From an uncultured Thermotogae bacterium (lineage in GTDB: Bacteria > Bipolaricaulota > Bipolaricaulia > M55B111), in assembly GCA_964576335.1 (NCBI GenBank), contig CAZNVA010000003.1:1-32953 (forward strand): 32,953 bases of DNA, given 5' to 3'. Of this stretch, positions 18,471-26,210 are shown one piece after another (the stretch's first letter is position 1; the number at the start of each line of letters is the position of its first letter). A model generated the notes under the pieces. The model was not told where the DNA came from. It saw only the letters and a list, made by a program, of their open reading frames with translations, and did not search any database. A program made the translations under genes and the position numbers.

Positions 18471-18977
18471 TTATTCCTCTACCTCTTCTTCCCCTTCCGG
18501 CTCTTCTACCTCTTCTTCGCCTTCTTCCTCGACAACGTTGACCTTGACGTTGGCGTGTATTTCTTCGTAAAGCCTGACTTCAACTCCGAACTGACCAAGT
18601 TCTTCAATGGGCGAATCGAGATTTACTTCTTCGGGCGTAAGCTGGATCCCGGTTGCTTCTTCGACGGCACTAACTATGTCACCTTTTCTTACGGAACCGT
18701 ACAGGTGATGTTCTTCCTGGGCCTTTCGATTAAAGGATAGTTCAAGCCCGTCCAGTTCATCGGCTCTATCTCTTGCCCTTTCCCTGCGTTCCTCCTTCCT
18801 CTGACTGATTTCCTTTCTAACCTTCTCGTACCTCTTTTTATTTCCTGGAGTCGGTTCTACTGCAAGACCTTTGGGCAACAGGTAGTTCCTTCCATAACCG
18901 TCTGCAACTTCAACCGTTTCTCCAACTTCTCCCAGGTCCTCGACTTCTTCTGTCAAAATTAGTTCCACTGGTTCCAC
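18471..18977 (-). CDS. rplI: 50S ribosomal protein L9 with an acidic C-terminal extension
   Basis: LTEEVEDLGEVGETVEVADGYGRNYLLPKGLA matches the L9 N-domain. GTG start at 18977, or at 18968. The last 22 aa or so (VVEEEGEEEVEEPEGEEEVEE) are extra. Confidence 0.9.
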   Translation of the reverse strand: MEPVELILTEEVEDLGEVGETVEVADGYGRNYLLPKGLAVEPTPGNKKRYEKVRKEISQRKEERRERARDRADELDGLELSFNRKAQEEHHLYGSVRKGDIVSAVEEATGIQLTPEEVNLDSPIEELGQFGVEVRLYEEIHANVKVNVVEEEGEEEVEEPEGEEEVEE

Positions 18978-19068
18978 CCCTAAAGAAAACTTATTGGAAT
19001 TATCAAAAATCGAATTAACCTACAGTACTAGCTCAAGAAAAACGAAAGCGGTAAGCAAAATCTTTGTA

Positions 19069-19097
19069 ATTCTACAACTCCTGACGATTTCCTTCAA
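19069..19097 (-). promoter_or_regulatory. Putative sigma70-type promoter of rplI
   Basis: On the - strand: TTGAAG, 17-nt spacer, TAGAAT (complement of 19092-19097 and 19069-19074). Implies an AT-rich leader of about 85 nt. Confidence 0.4.
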
Positions 19098-19126
19098 CGT
19101 TCGAAATATGTAATATCTCCCGCCTT

Positions 19127-19146
19127 CCGGCCTAACCCCCGGCCGG
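19127..19146 (-). terminator. GC-rich hairpin downstream of the TatT-like gene (possible terminator without a U-tract)
   Basis: CCGGCC-8 nt-GGCCGG stem-loop, overlapping the 12-nt palindrome CCCCGGCCGGGG. Sits between the stop at 19182 and the rplI promoter. No T-run follows. Confidence 0.2.
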
Positions 19147-19181
19147 GGACAAATAACTTCGAGTTGAAAACCGGCCTGCTT

Positions 19182-20072
19182 TCAAATCTGCCCGTCAAGT
19201 ACCTCACTCCTTAGCTCTCTCGCTTTTTCCTTGGCAATCTCGTTTATCAAAGGGTAACTCGTCCCGAGCGGTTTCTCGATTACCCTGTTCAGAAGTTCCA
19301 GGGCTCGATCCTCCTTCCCCTTTTTCAGGGCGTAATAACGAGCGTAAGCCAGATAGTTCTCCAGGCAGTTCGGAGCAAGTTCGATGGACCGGCGGAAATG
19401 CTTCCGGGTCTTCTCCCAGCTAAAGCCGTTACTCCTGACCTGCCAGAAAGTCAGCGGTAACCGGCTCAGGACTTCGCCGGCAATTGACCCGAGGGTTCTC
19501 CTGGCCCCGCCGCCGAGGTAAGTCTCGTCCAGCTCCAGCACTCTCCTGTTCAAGGACACGAGGGCCGGTAAGTCGTTCAGCGAATCCATAACCCCCTTTT
19601 TCTCGGCAAGGCGTCCGAGGTTTGCTCCGGTCCAGAACAGCCCCTCCACGTTTCGGACCGATTGCGGTAGATTTTTTAGGGCGGCGAAACCGACTTTCCG
19701 GTAAAGCTCGTCGAAGTCCTCATTCGTCCGCAGGCTTTTCAAACCGAAATCGTAACCGGTGGAAAACGCCGCCTTTTTTCGCTCCCAGTCCTCCAGGTAC
19801 GCCTCCGCCAGCGTGAAGTAGCCAAGCGCCAGCCTGTTTAACACGTGCCTGCTGTCGGGTTTCCGGTCCAGCGCCCGCTCGTAAGTGCGGAGGGCCTGGC
19901 GCAATTTTCCTTCCGTCCTGTCCTCCTTCCGCGCAATCCTGGATAATCTATCCCCCTCCTGAACGAGTGCCTCGTAGTTTTCCGGTTTTTCCTCCGCCCG
20001 GGGGGCGATCATTACCCCCAGCAAAAGAAAAACCACGAGAAGAAGGGAAATATTTCGAACGTATTTTTTCAT
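19182..20072 (-). CDS. Secreted TPR-like protein, TatT (TRAP-transporter-associated TPR) family-like
   Basis: Signal peptide MKKYVRNISLLLVVFLLLGVMIAP. Helical-repeat sequence with LFWTGANLGRLAEKKG..LDETYLGGGARRTLG resembles TatT-family proteins from memory. No TRAP transporter genes lie nearby. Confidence 0.5.
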   Translation of the reverse strand: MKKYVRNISLLLVVFLLLGVMIAPRAEEKPENYEALVQEGDRLSRIARKEDRTEGKLRQALRTYERALDRKPDSRHVLNRLALGYFTLAEAYLEDWERKKAAFSTGYDFGLKSLRTNEDFDELYRKVGFAALKNLPQSVRNVEGLFWTGANLGRLAEKKGVMDSLNDLPALVSLNRRVLELDETYLGGGARRTLGSIAGEVLSRLPLTFWQVRSNGFSWEKTRKHFRRSIELAPNCLENYLAYARYYALKKGKEDRALELLNRVIEKPLGTSYPLINEIAKEKARELRSEVLDGQI

Positions 20073-20290
20073 TATTCACCATCCCGGACCAATGATTATA
20101 CCCAGTAAAGCGGCAATAATAAACGTTCCATCGGTCCGTCCCACGGCCCGATTTCTCGAAGTCAAATTTTGACAGCATAAAGCAGGTCCGTATCCCGTAG
20201 CCACTTCCCCCTCAGGAGATAACGATTTCCTGAAGCCGGTAACTTCCGTATAATTATCCGAGTGAGCAGTTCCGGTGGAGTTGATTCCCC

Positions 20291-21466
20291 TTGAAACTAT
20301 TAATTACGGCCGACGGTCACTTAAACGAGGGCGAACCCGAGAGGCTGGAAACTTTTATCCGGCTGGTGAAACAGGGTATCGGGGAGGAAATAGACGCCCT
20401 CCTCGTTGCCGGAGACCTCTTTCATAGCAACAGTGCATTTCGTTCTTTAAAGAGCGAGATCAATAGTCGGATAGAGGAACTGGATCCTGACTTTAAGGTC
20501 TTAATCGTCCCCGGTAATCACGACGACAAGCTTTCCTCTTCGAACTTTCTCGGGGAAAACTTCGTCGTACTCGACGAGGAAAACCGCAGGCGGGTCATCT
20601 CCGGCCACGGGGAGGAGATCGAAGTAGTGGGCCTGCCATTCCGTGAAGGCGCCGGCACCGCGGAAACGCTGAAGCGCTTACCCGAACCGTCGGGAAGCGG
20701 CAATTCTTTACTTTTAACTCACGGAAGTTTAATCGACGCCAGCGGAGGCTACGCTTTCCCCGAACCGGGGGAGGAAGTGGAGGAGAAAAAACACCTGATA
20801 TTCAGGGAGGACCTCGAGAAAACGAACTACGACCTCGTCGTTCTCGGACACTGGCACGGAACGAGGCTGTTAGAGGGTCGGAATGGTTACCTCCTGTACC
20901 CGGGCTCTTTCATACCGGTCAGCCGGCGGGAAAAGGGAGTAAAGTCCTACTGGACCCTTGAAACAACCGAGGAAGGCCCGGTTGACCTCCAGGAGCATCC
21001 GGTACAATTCGATTCCGCCTGGTACTTTCGCGAGGAAAGGCTCTTCTTCGTCCCCGGCCACGCGAGTGACCCTCAGGGCGACCTACGGGAGTTGCTGGCA
21101 GATATGGAGGCGGACGACCGGTGCAGGCTGAAAGTGGTAATCGACGGTTTTTTGCCGGAAGAAGCCGAGCTAAGGTTCAGAAACGAATTACTGGATGTCA
21201 GTGAGGACTTCGAGGACCAGTTTCGAGAAATCACTCTGGATTGGCAGGTTACCGGGACGGATAAAATCGACACCCCGCTGGTAAGCAAATTTATCGAAAA
21301 CGTAGAAGGAATGGACAAGTCCGAGGTAGAACCGACGGATTTTCTGGAGGGCGAAGAGAGCCGACTCCGGGAGTTCTTCCGGGAAACGATCGAAGAAGAT
21401 TTCGAAACCGTCAAAAGGGAAATTCTGAATAAGAGCCTGAAGATATTTTCCGAAAGGCTGAGCTAA
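20291..21466 (+). CDS. Metallophosphoesterase, SbcD/Mre11-like nuclease (YhaO/SbcF-like)
   Basis: All calcineurin-fold motifs are present: ADGH (I), AGDLFH (II), PGNHDD (III), LTHGS (IV), LGHWHG (V). TTG start; N-terminus MKLLITADGHL is typical of SbcD. Confidence 0.8.
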   Translation: MKLLITADGHLNEGEPERLETFIRLVKQGIGEEIDALLVAGDLFHSNSAFRSLKSEINSRIEELDPDFKVLIVPGNHDDKLSSSNFLGENFVVLDEENRRRVISGHGEEIEVVGLPFREGAGTAETLKRLPEPSGSGNSLLLTHGSLIDASGGYAFPEPGEEVEEKKHLIFREDLEKTNYDLVVLGHWHGTRLLEGRNGYLLYPGSFIPVSRREKGVKSYWTLETTEEGPVDLQEHPVQFDSAWYFREERLFFVPGHASDPQGDLRELLADMEADDRCRLKVVIDGFLPEEAELRFRNELLDVSEDFEDQFREITLDWQVTGTDKIDTPLVSKFIENVEGMDKSEVEPTDFLEGEESRLREFFRETIEEDFETVKREILNKSLKIFSERLS

Positions 21467-21471
21467 CTCCA

Positions 21472-23985
21472 ATGAGAATACACCGAATCAGCGTCGAAAA
21501 ATACGGACCGCTGAGCAATCTGGACTGGGAGTTACCGGCTACGGGAATAGTCTACGACGACAACATGGCGGGTAAAACAGCCCTGGTGGACCTGATCGTC
21601 CGGCACTTGTTTGTTCCGAGAAAGCGGTCAAGGCTCTTTCAAAACTACGACAGGTTTTCCGGGGACGAAACAGGCCAGGTCAGGCTCGAGCTGAAGGAAA
21701 ACGGAAACAGTCACGTCTTCGGAACCGACGGGGATGGAACCGAAATCAAGGAACTCTTCGGCTGGGAGGAGGAAGGACTTTTTCGACTTTTCTGTATTCG
21801 GGCCGGTGACAATAGCCTGGTTACCGGAAACAGGAGTCGGGCTTCCGTCTTCAATGCCGCCGCGTCCTTGATTTCCGGAGTAGGTACGGAAAAGCTGGAC
21901 CGTATAAAGAGAGACATGGAATCCGAGTTCCGGATTACCCGGAGGGGCAACTGGAGCAACCGCAAGGGGACACAACCACCAAAGATCAAGGAGAGAATAA
22001 GCAAGGAAATCCTGCCCTTCCTCAATGATTTTTCTTCCAGCCAGGAGGCCTTACACGAATACGAAGCGGGTAAAGCAAGACTGCAGGAACTCCGGGCTGA
22101 CCGCGAGGAGCTCGAGAAGGAAAAAAGTCGGACCGCAAGGATTCTCGAATTGCTCCGGGCGGAAAGACTGGAGGGGCGCCTGAAAAAAATTGAAGACCTA
22201 AAGAGCGAGCGGGAAAACTACGCCCGGATAAAAGAAGATGACCTGGAACAATGGCGGGAGGCTCGGGCGAAACTGGAAAAACATCGCGAAAGGCTCTCGG
22301 AAACCGACCGCGAGGGACGCAACCCCGAGGAGAGGTTAAAAAAACTAAAAAGCGAAATCAGGGAGTCGGAAAAGCTACTGAATAAAGAGCTGGGCGAACG
22401 AATTAACTCCCTGCAGGATCGGAAGAGGGAGCAGGAACGGAAAATGGCCGCCATAAAAAGGGAAGCGAAGGAGAAAAAGAGAAAGGCGATCAATTTTTTA
22501 CAGGAGGAAATCCGGGAACCGTTAAAGGAGGTAACTCGGCTGGAGGAAGGACGAAACAAACTCGAGTTCTGGCACCGTTACGGCAGTGCTCTCAATACAG
22601 CTGGGGCCGGATTGATTATTCTGGGCGCCCTGGCAGCGTTCTTCAGTAACCCGTATTTCGGATTGACCGCCCTGCCCGGTTTAGCCCTTATCCTGATAAC
22701 CCAGAGAAAACTGGCCGCTCGCGCTGGCCTTACCGACGAGATTTCCGATCGGGAAAAGGAGATCGTCCGAAAGTTCAACTCCAGGTTTAGCTCAGTACTG
22801 GACGGCGAGGTGAAAGGACCAAACCAGCTGGATGCCGTAATCGATCTGGTACCGGACCGCCTGGAAGAACAATTGAAGCAGGAGGAAAATTTCAAAGAAA
22901 TCGAATCCAGAAAAAAAGAACTGGAAGAAGAACTCAACAGGCAAAAACTGCGGGCCGAAGAACTACCGGAGGAGGTCAAGGAGCTAAAAGAGGAGAAAAA
23001 GGAGCTTTCGGCCCGAATCTCTCGAGCCAACCAGGGGGTTAAGGAGGCCCGGCAGGGGCTGGCCAAACTGCGGGATCGCACTAACGTACCGGGTTTAGCG
23101 GAACTAAAAGAAAAACTGGAAGCAAAGAAAAAGGTAGAGGAGAAGCTCCGGGACGAAAAGGCTGTCCTGGCAGGCGAACTGGACTCGTTTCCTGACGAGG
23201 AAGAAGGATTACTCGCCGAAGCAAAGAAAACGATAGCCGGTTTGCGAGAGGATACCGCGGACGAGAAAATCCGAGAGGAGGGAAACCCGGCGGTAGAAGA
23301 AATTTCGCGGGAAGAAGCCCGGAAACGTTTACAGGAACTGAACGAGAAAATCGAACGGAAAAGCGAAAAAATAAAAAACGAAAGGAGCAAGCTGGAAGAC
23401 CTGCGCGAGGACCTATCGGAACGCGGAATGGATCCGACCAATCCGGGTGAACTTTTCCGAAAGAAGCGGGAAGCCAGAAACGACCTTGAGGAATTCATAA
23501 TAGATAGAGTAGCCGGTAACCTGGCAAAGGAAGCCCTCGAAGACGTATCGCGGGACTATCTCGATAGCCTGGACAGGTTTATCTCGGGTGGATCGGTCGA
23601 AAAAACCGTCCAGAGCCTCTTTCAGGAAGTAATGGGGGAGAACTTTGAGCTGAGTTTTGACTACGAAAACAACGAGTTCCGAATAAGAGAAGGAGAAAGG
23701 ACCTACCTGGAAAGCGACCTGAGCAGCGGGGGGAGAAAGCACCTCTTTCTGGCAACCAGACTGGCCCTCGTGGATAAGCTAACGGCGAAACCGGGGTTTC
23801 TGATTTTCGACGACCCGCTGCTCTTCTACCACGAAAAGAGAAAGAGAAAAGCAATAAAACAACTAAAACCGCTAGTGGAAGCCGGGTGGCAGGTCATCTT
23901 CTTTAGCGTCGATGGGCAAACAAGAGACGGCGTCCTGGAAGAACTCGACGGAGAGGAGTATTCGGTCTCGGACCTGGAGGAATAG
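21472..23985 (+). CDS. SMC/Rad50-like AAA ATPase with a central two-helix membrane hairpin (YhaN/SbcE-like)
   Basis: Walker A DDNMAGKT (21556-21579), signature LSSGGRKHL, Walker B FLIFDDP. About 650 aa of E/K/R-rich coiled coil separate the two head halves. At nt ~22590-22705 sit two hydrophobic helices (AGAGLIILGALAAFF, FGLTALPGLALILIT) and no CxxC hook. Confidence 0.8.
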   Translation: MRIHRISVEKYGPLSNLDWELPATGIVYDDNMAGKTALVDLIVRHLFVPRKRSRLFQNYDRFSGDETGQVRLELKENGNSHVFGTDGDGTEIKELFGWEEEGLFRLFCIRAGDNSLVTGNRSRASVFNAAASLISGVGTEKLDRIKRDMESEFRITRRGNWSNRKGTQPPKIKERISKEILPFLNDFSSSQEALHEYEAGKARLQELRADREELEKEKSRTARILELLRAERLEGRLKKIEDLKSERENYARIKEDDLEQWREARAKLEKHRERLSETDREGRNPEERLKKLKSEIRESEKLLNKELGERINSLQDRKREQERKMAAIKREAKEKKRKAINFLQEEIREPLKEVTRLEEGRNKLEFWHRYGSALNTAGAGLIILGALAAFFSNPYFGLTALPGLALILITQRKLAARAGLTDEISDREKEIVRKFNSRFSSVLDGEVKGPNQLDAVIDLVPDRLEEQLKQEENFKEIESRKKELEEELNRQKLRAEELPEEVKELKEEKKELSARISRANQGVKEARQGLAKLRDRTNVPGLAELKEKLEAKKKVEEKLRDEKAVLAGELDSFPDEEEGLLAEAKKTIAGLREDTADEKIREEGNPAVEEISREEARKRLQELNEKIERKSEKIKNERSKLEDLREDLSERGMDPTNPGELFRKKREARNDLEEFIIDRVAGNLAKEALEDVSRDYLDSLDRFISGGSVEKTVQSLFQEVMGENFELSFDYENNEFRIREGERTYLESDLSSGGRKHLFLATRLALVDKLTAKPGFLIFDDPLLFYHEKRKRKAIKQLKPLVEAGWQVIFFSVDGQTRDGVLEELDGEEYSVSDLEE

Positions 23986-23992
23986 GAAATAA

Positions 23993-24673
23993 CTAGAGGT
24001 AGCCCCTGCGTTTCAGACTGACCTCGTCGTACTTGCCAACTATTACGTGATCCACGAGGCTAACTCCCAGTTCCTTCAGAGAACTCTGAACCCTTTCGGT
24101 GACGGTAATATCAGCTTCCGACGGGTCCGGATCACCCCCGGGATGGTTGTGGGCCAGAATCAAGCCCCCCGTATTGTTCTTCAGGCAGCTTTTGGCAACC
24201 TCTCGCGGTTCTATTCTTACTTCATCCAGCGTACCCTGAAATACTGTTTCCTCGACTATCAGCTCGTTGGCGTTGTTCAGATGAAGCGCCCGGAGTTCCT
24301 CCCGCTCCAGCCGCTTCATCTCGGGGTTCAAGTGGCCAATAACGTCGTCCAGACCAAATATTTTTTCGCCGGGTTTTACTTCCTCTTCCGCCAGCCTCTT
24401 GCTAAACTCGAATACCGCCAGCAGTCGTCCGGCCTTTGCCTCTCCGATACCCCTATACTCGGTAAGCTCACGAAAGGTGGAGCCCGGTAGATCGCTCAGG
24501 CCCGTATCCTTGATAATTTCACGGGATATCTCCAGAGCATTTTTTCCCTCAACGCCGGAGCGGATTATCAGAGCGAGTAATTCCGAATTACTCAGGCTGC
24601 CCGGACCGTGCTGCCTGAGCTTCTCTCTCGGCCTGTCGTCGCGTGGAAGATCCTGAATCGTATAGTCTACCAT
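23993..24673 (-). CDS. radC: RadC-family JAB/MPN domain protein (UPF0758)
   Basis: N-terminal HhH-like LSNSELLALIIRSG and JAMM motif HNHPGGDPDPSEAD. Confidence 0.9.
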   Translation of the reverse strand: MVDYTIQDLPRDDRPREKLRQHGPGSLSNSELLALIIRSGVEGKNALEISREIIKDTGLSDLPGSTFRELTEYRGIGEAKAGRLLAVFEFSKRLAEEEVKPGEKIFGLDDVIGHLNPEMKRLEREELRALHLNNANELIVEETVFQGTLDEVRIEPREVAKSCLKNNTGGLILAHNHPGGDPDPSEADITVTERVQSSLKELGVSLVDHVIVGKYDEVSLKRRGYL

Positions 24674-24709
24674 AACTTCCGAACTTCTCTAAGTCGACTA
24701 ACTCCTCGG

Positions 24710-24997
24710 TTAAACGTGCTCTTCTACGGAGCTGACCTTTCCTTCCAGTCTGCCGGTTTTATCTCCGTGGTCGTCGATTTTGACGTGAGTCTCGACCCTT
24801 TCGTAATCCTCTTTCAGCTTTCCGTGACACTTTTTTACCGTAGCCATGACTTCATCCCAGTCACCTTCTATGATCGTCCCCATTGCGGTCAACTGGTGAT
24901 CCAGGCCGCTCGCTTCGATTATCTTTTTTACCTCGGCAATATCCTCTCCGAGGCCGCTCGACTTTCCCATCGGGTAAGTATCAAATTCTACCAGCAC
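24710..24997 (-). CDS. MTH1187/YkoF-family (UPF0045) thiamine-binding-like protein
   Basis: 95 aa. LVEFDTYPMGK..DIAEVKKIIEASGLDHQLTAMGTIIEGDWDEVM resembles the MTH1187 family. GTG start follows GGGGTGA. Confidence 0.75.
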   Translation of the reverse strand: MLVEFDTYPMGKSSGLGEDIAEVKKIIEASGLDHQLTAMGTIIEGDWDEVMATVKKCHGKLKEDYERVETHVKIDDHGDKTGRLEGKVSSVEEHV

Positions 24998-25054
24998 GCT
25001 ATCACCCCACTATTCGTAAATATTTAAAATAATTGAACTATAGGAGAAAAAACA

Positions 25055-25315
25055 TCAACTTCTACCGCTCGACCGGTCCTCGTTTTCCTCGACCCACTCC
25101 AGGTGCTCCAGAACCAGCGCCAGTTTTTCCTTTACCTCCGCGTCCTGAGCCAGGCCACTCCCCGCAAGCTCCTCGATCTCGCCCTCGAGGTCGCCGATTT
25201 TCTCCAGGGCCTCCCCTTTATTTCCCCGATCAAATAACTCCAGCGTCGACTGAAGCTCACGGATTAAGCTCGTTATCCTTCCCACCTGGACCAGGTCCTC
25301 TTCTAGATCTCCCAC
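25055..25315 (-). CDS. Hypothetical small acidic helical protein, translationally linked to the upstream sigma factor gene
   Basis: ORF maximum is 25055..25333, where a GTG overlaps the sigma stop by 8 nt. GTG at 25315 follows AAGGGGGAAGAA. The 86-92 aa product is Glu/Leu-rich with a heptad-like pattern. I recognise no family. Confidence 0.55.
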   Translation of the reverse strand: MGDLEEDLVQVGRITSLIRELQSTLELFDRGNKGEALEKIGDLEGEIEELAGSGLAQDAEVKEKLALVLEHLEWVEENEDRSSGRS

Positions 25316-25325
25316 TTCTTCCCCC

Positions 25326-26156
25326 TTAATCACTGCCGTCTCCTGGTTCCACTCCGTTTTCTTCCAGCTGGTCCTTTAACTGGTCCAGCACCCTCGACTT
25401 GATGCGAGAAACCTGGCGCTGTGAAGTCCCGATGTCCTCGCCAACCTCTTCCTGTGTCTGTTCCTCGTAGAAAAGACCCTTAACGACCTGCTGCTGGACT
25501 TCGGTCAACTTTTCAATCGCGTCGGCAATTCTAACCTTGAATTCCAGCGGGAGGTCTTCCTTATGCTTGCTCCTGATCTTTTCGTAATCTATGTACTCCG
25601 GCCTGGGGTCGGATTCTCGTCTTTCCCGGTCAATCGAGACGTAAGTCATGGAATCCCTGGCCTTCAAGACCTCTCTGACGCCATCCTCCTCGATGTTAAG
25701 CTCTTCGGAGATTTCCTCGATCGTCGGAAATTCACCCGTTTCCTGGTAGATTCTCTGCTCCGCTTTCTTGATCTTTTTATTCAAGCGTTTGACCCACTGA
25801 GGAATGTGGACGGACGGCTGTTCGTCCCGGACGTGGTGTCTGACCTCACCCTTGATCAGGTGACTGGCATAGGTCGAAAACTTTGCCCCTTCATTGAGAT
25901 CGTAGTTCTCCACGGCATTCAACAAGCCGATGTATCCGGCCTGTCTCAAGTCCTCAAAATCCAGTCCGGAGTGGGTAAAGTCACCAGCAATTGATTTAAC
26001 CAAACCGATGTTTTGCTCGATCAACTGGTCCTTGAGTTCGCCAATTTTCTCGTTTATCGCGCCGAGCTCGGAATCGTTCTCGGCGTCCTCCTTCCTTGCC
26101 TCAAGCTTCTCGATTTCTTCAAGAAGCTCTTCGTTTGAGCGGTCCGGATCTCTCAT
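25326..26156 (-). CDS. Sigma-70 family RNA polymerase sigma factor, group 3 (SigB/F/G-like)
   Basis: Region 2: GLVKSIAGDF..DLRQAGYIGLLNAVENYD..KFSTYASHLIKGEVRHHVRD. Region 3: EFPTIEEISEEL. Region 4 HTH: TQEEVGEDIGTSQRQVSRIKSRVL. Acidic N-terminal extension of about 45 aa. Confidence 0.88.
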   Translation of the reverse strand: MRDPDRSNEELLEEIEKLEARKEDAENDSELGAINEKIGELKDQLIEQNIGLVKSIAGDFTHSGLDFEDLRQAGYIGLLNAVENYDLNEGAKFSTYASHLIKGEVRHHVRDEQPSVHIPQWVKRLNKKIKKAEQRIYQETGEFPTIEEISEELNIEEDGVREVLKARDSMTYVSIDRERRESDPRPEYIDYEKIRSKHKEDLPLEFKVRIADAIEKLTEVQQQVVKGLFYEEQTQEEVGEDIGTSQRQVSRIKSRVLDQLKDQLEENGVEPGDGSD

Positions 26157-26181
26157 AAATAACTGCCCCTTTGGTACCCGT

Positions 26182-26210
26182 ATCTTAAACCCTTTTTTTA
26201 AATATTACAA
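26182..26210 (-). promoter_or_regulatory. Putative sigma70-type promoter of the sigma factor gene
   Basis: On the - strand: TTGTAA, 17-nt spacer, TAAGAT (complement of 26205-26210 and 26182-26187). Lies in the 54-nt gap after the mnmE stop. Confidence 0.35.

Noticed and set aside
22578-23498. 306-aa Ser/Phe-rich ORF on the - strand
   Set aside because: It is fully antisense to the E/K-rich coiled coil of the Rad50-like gene, where GAA/AAG/GAG codons read as TTC/CTT/CTC on the other strand. Its low-complexity composition is unlike the rest of the proteome. Shadow ORF.
25033-25329. 98-aa Pro/Arg-rich + strand ORF opposite the small acidic ORF
   Set aside because: Its proline-rich low-complexity sequence is the mirror of GAG/GAA-rich coding on the - strand. 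The - strand frame has an SD and proteome-like composition.
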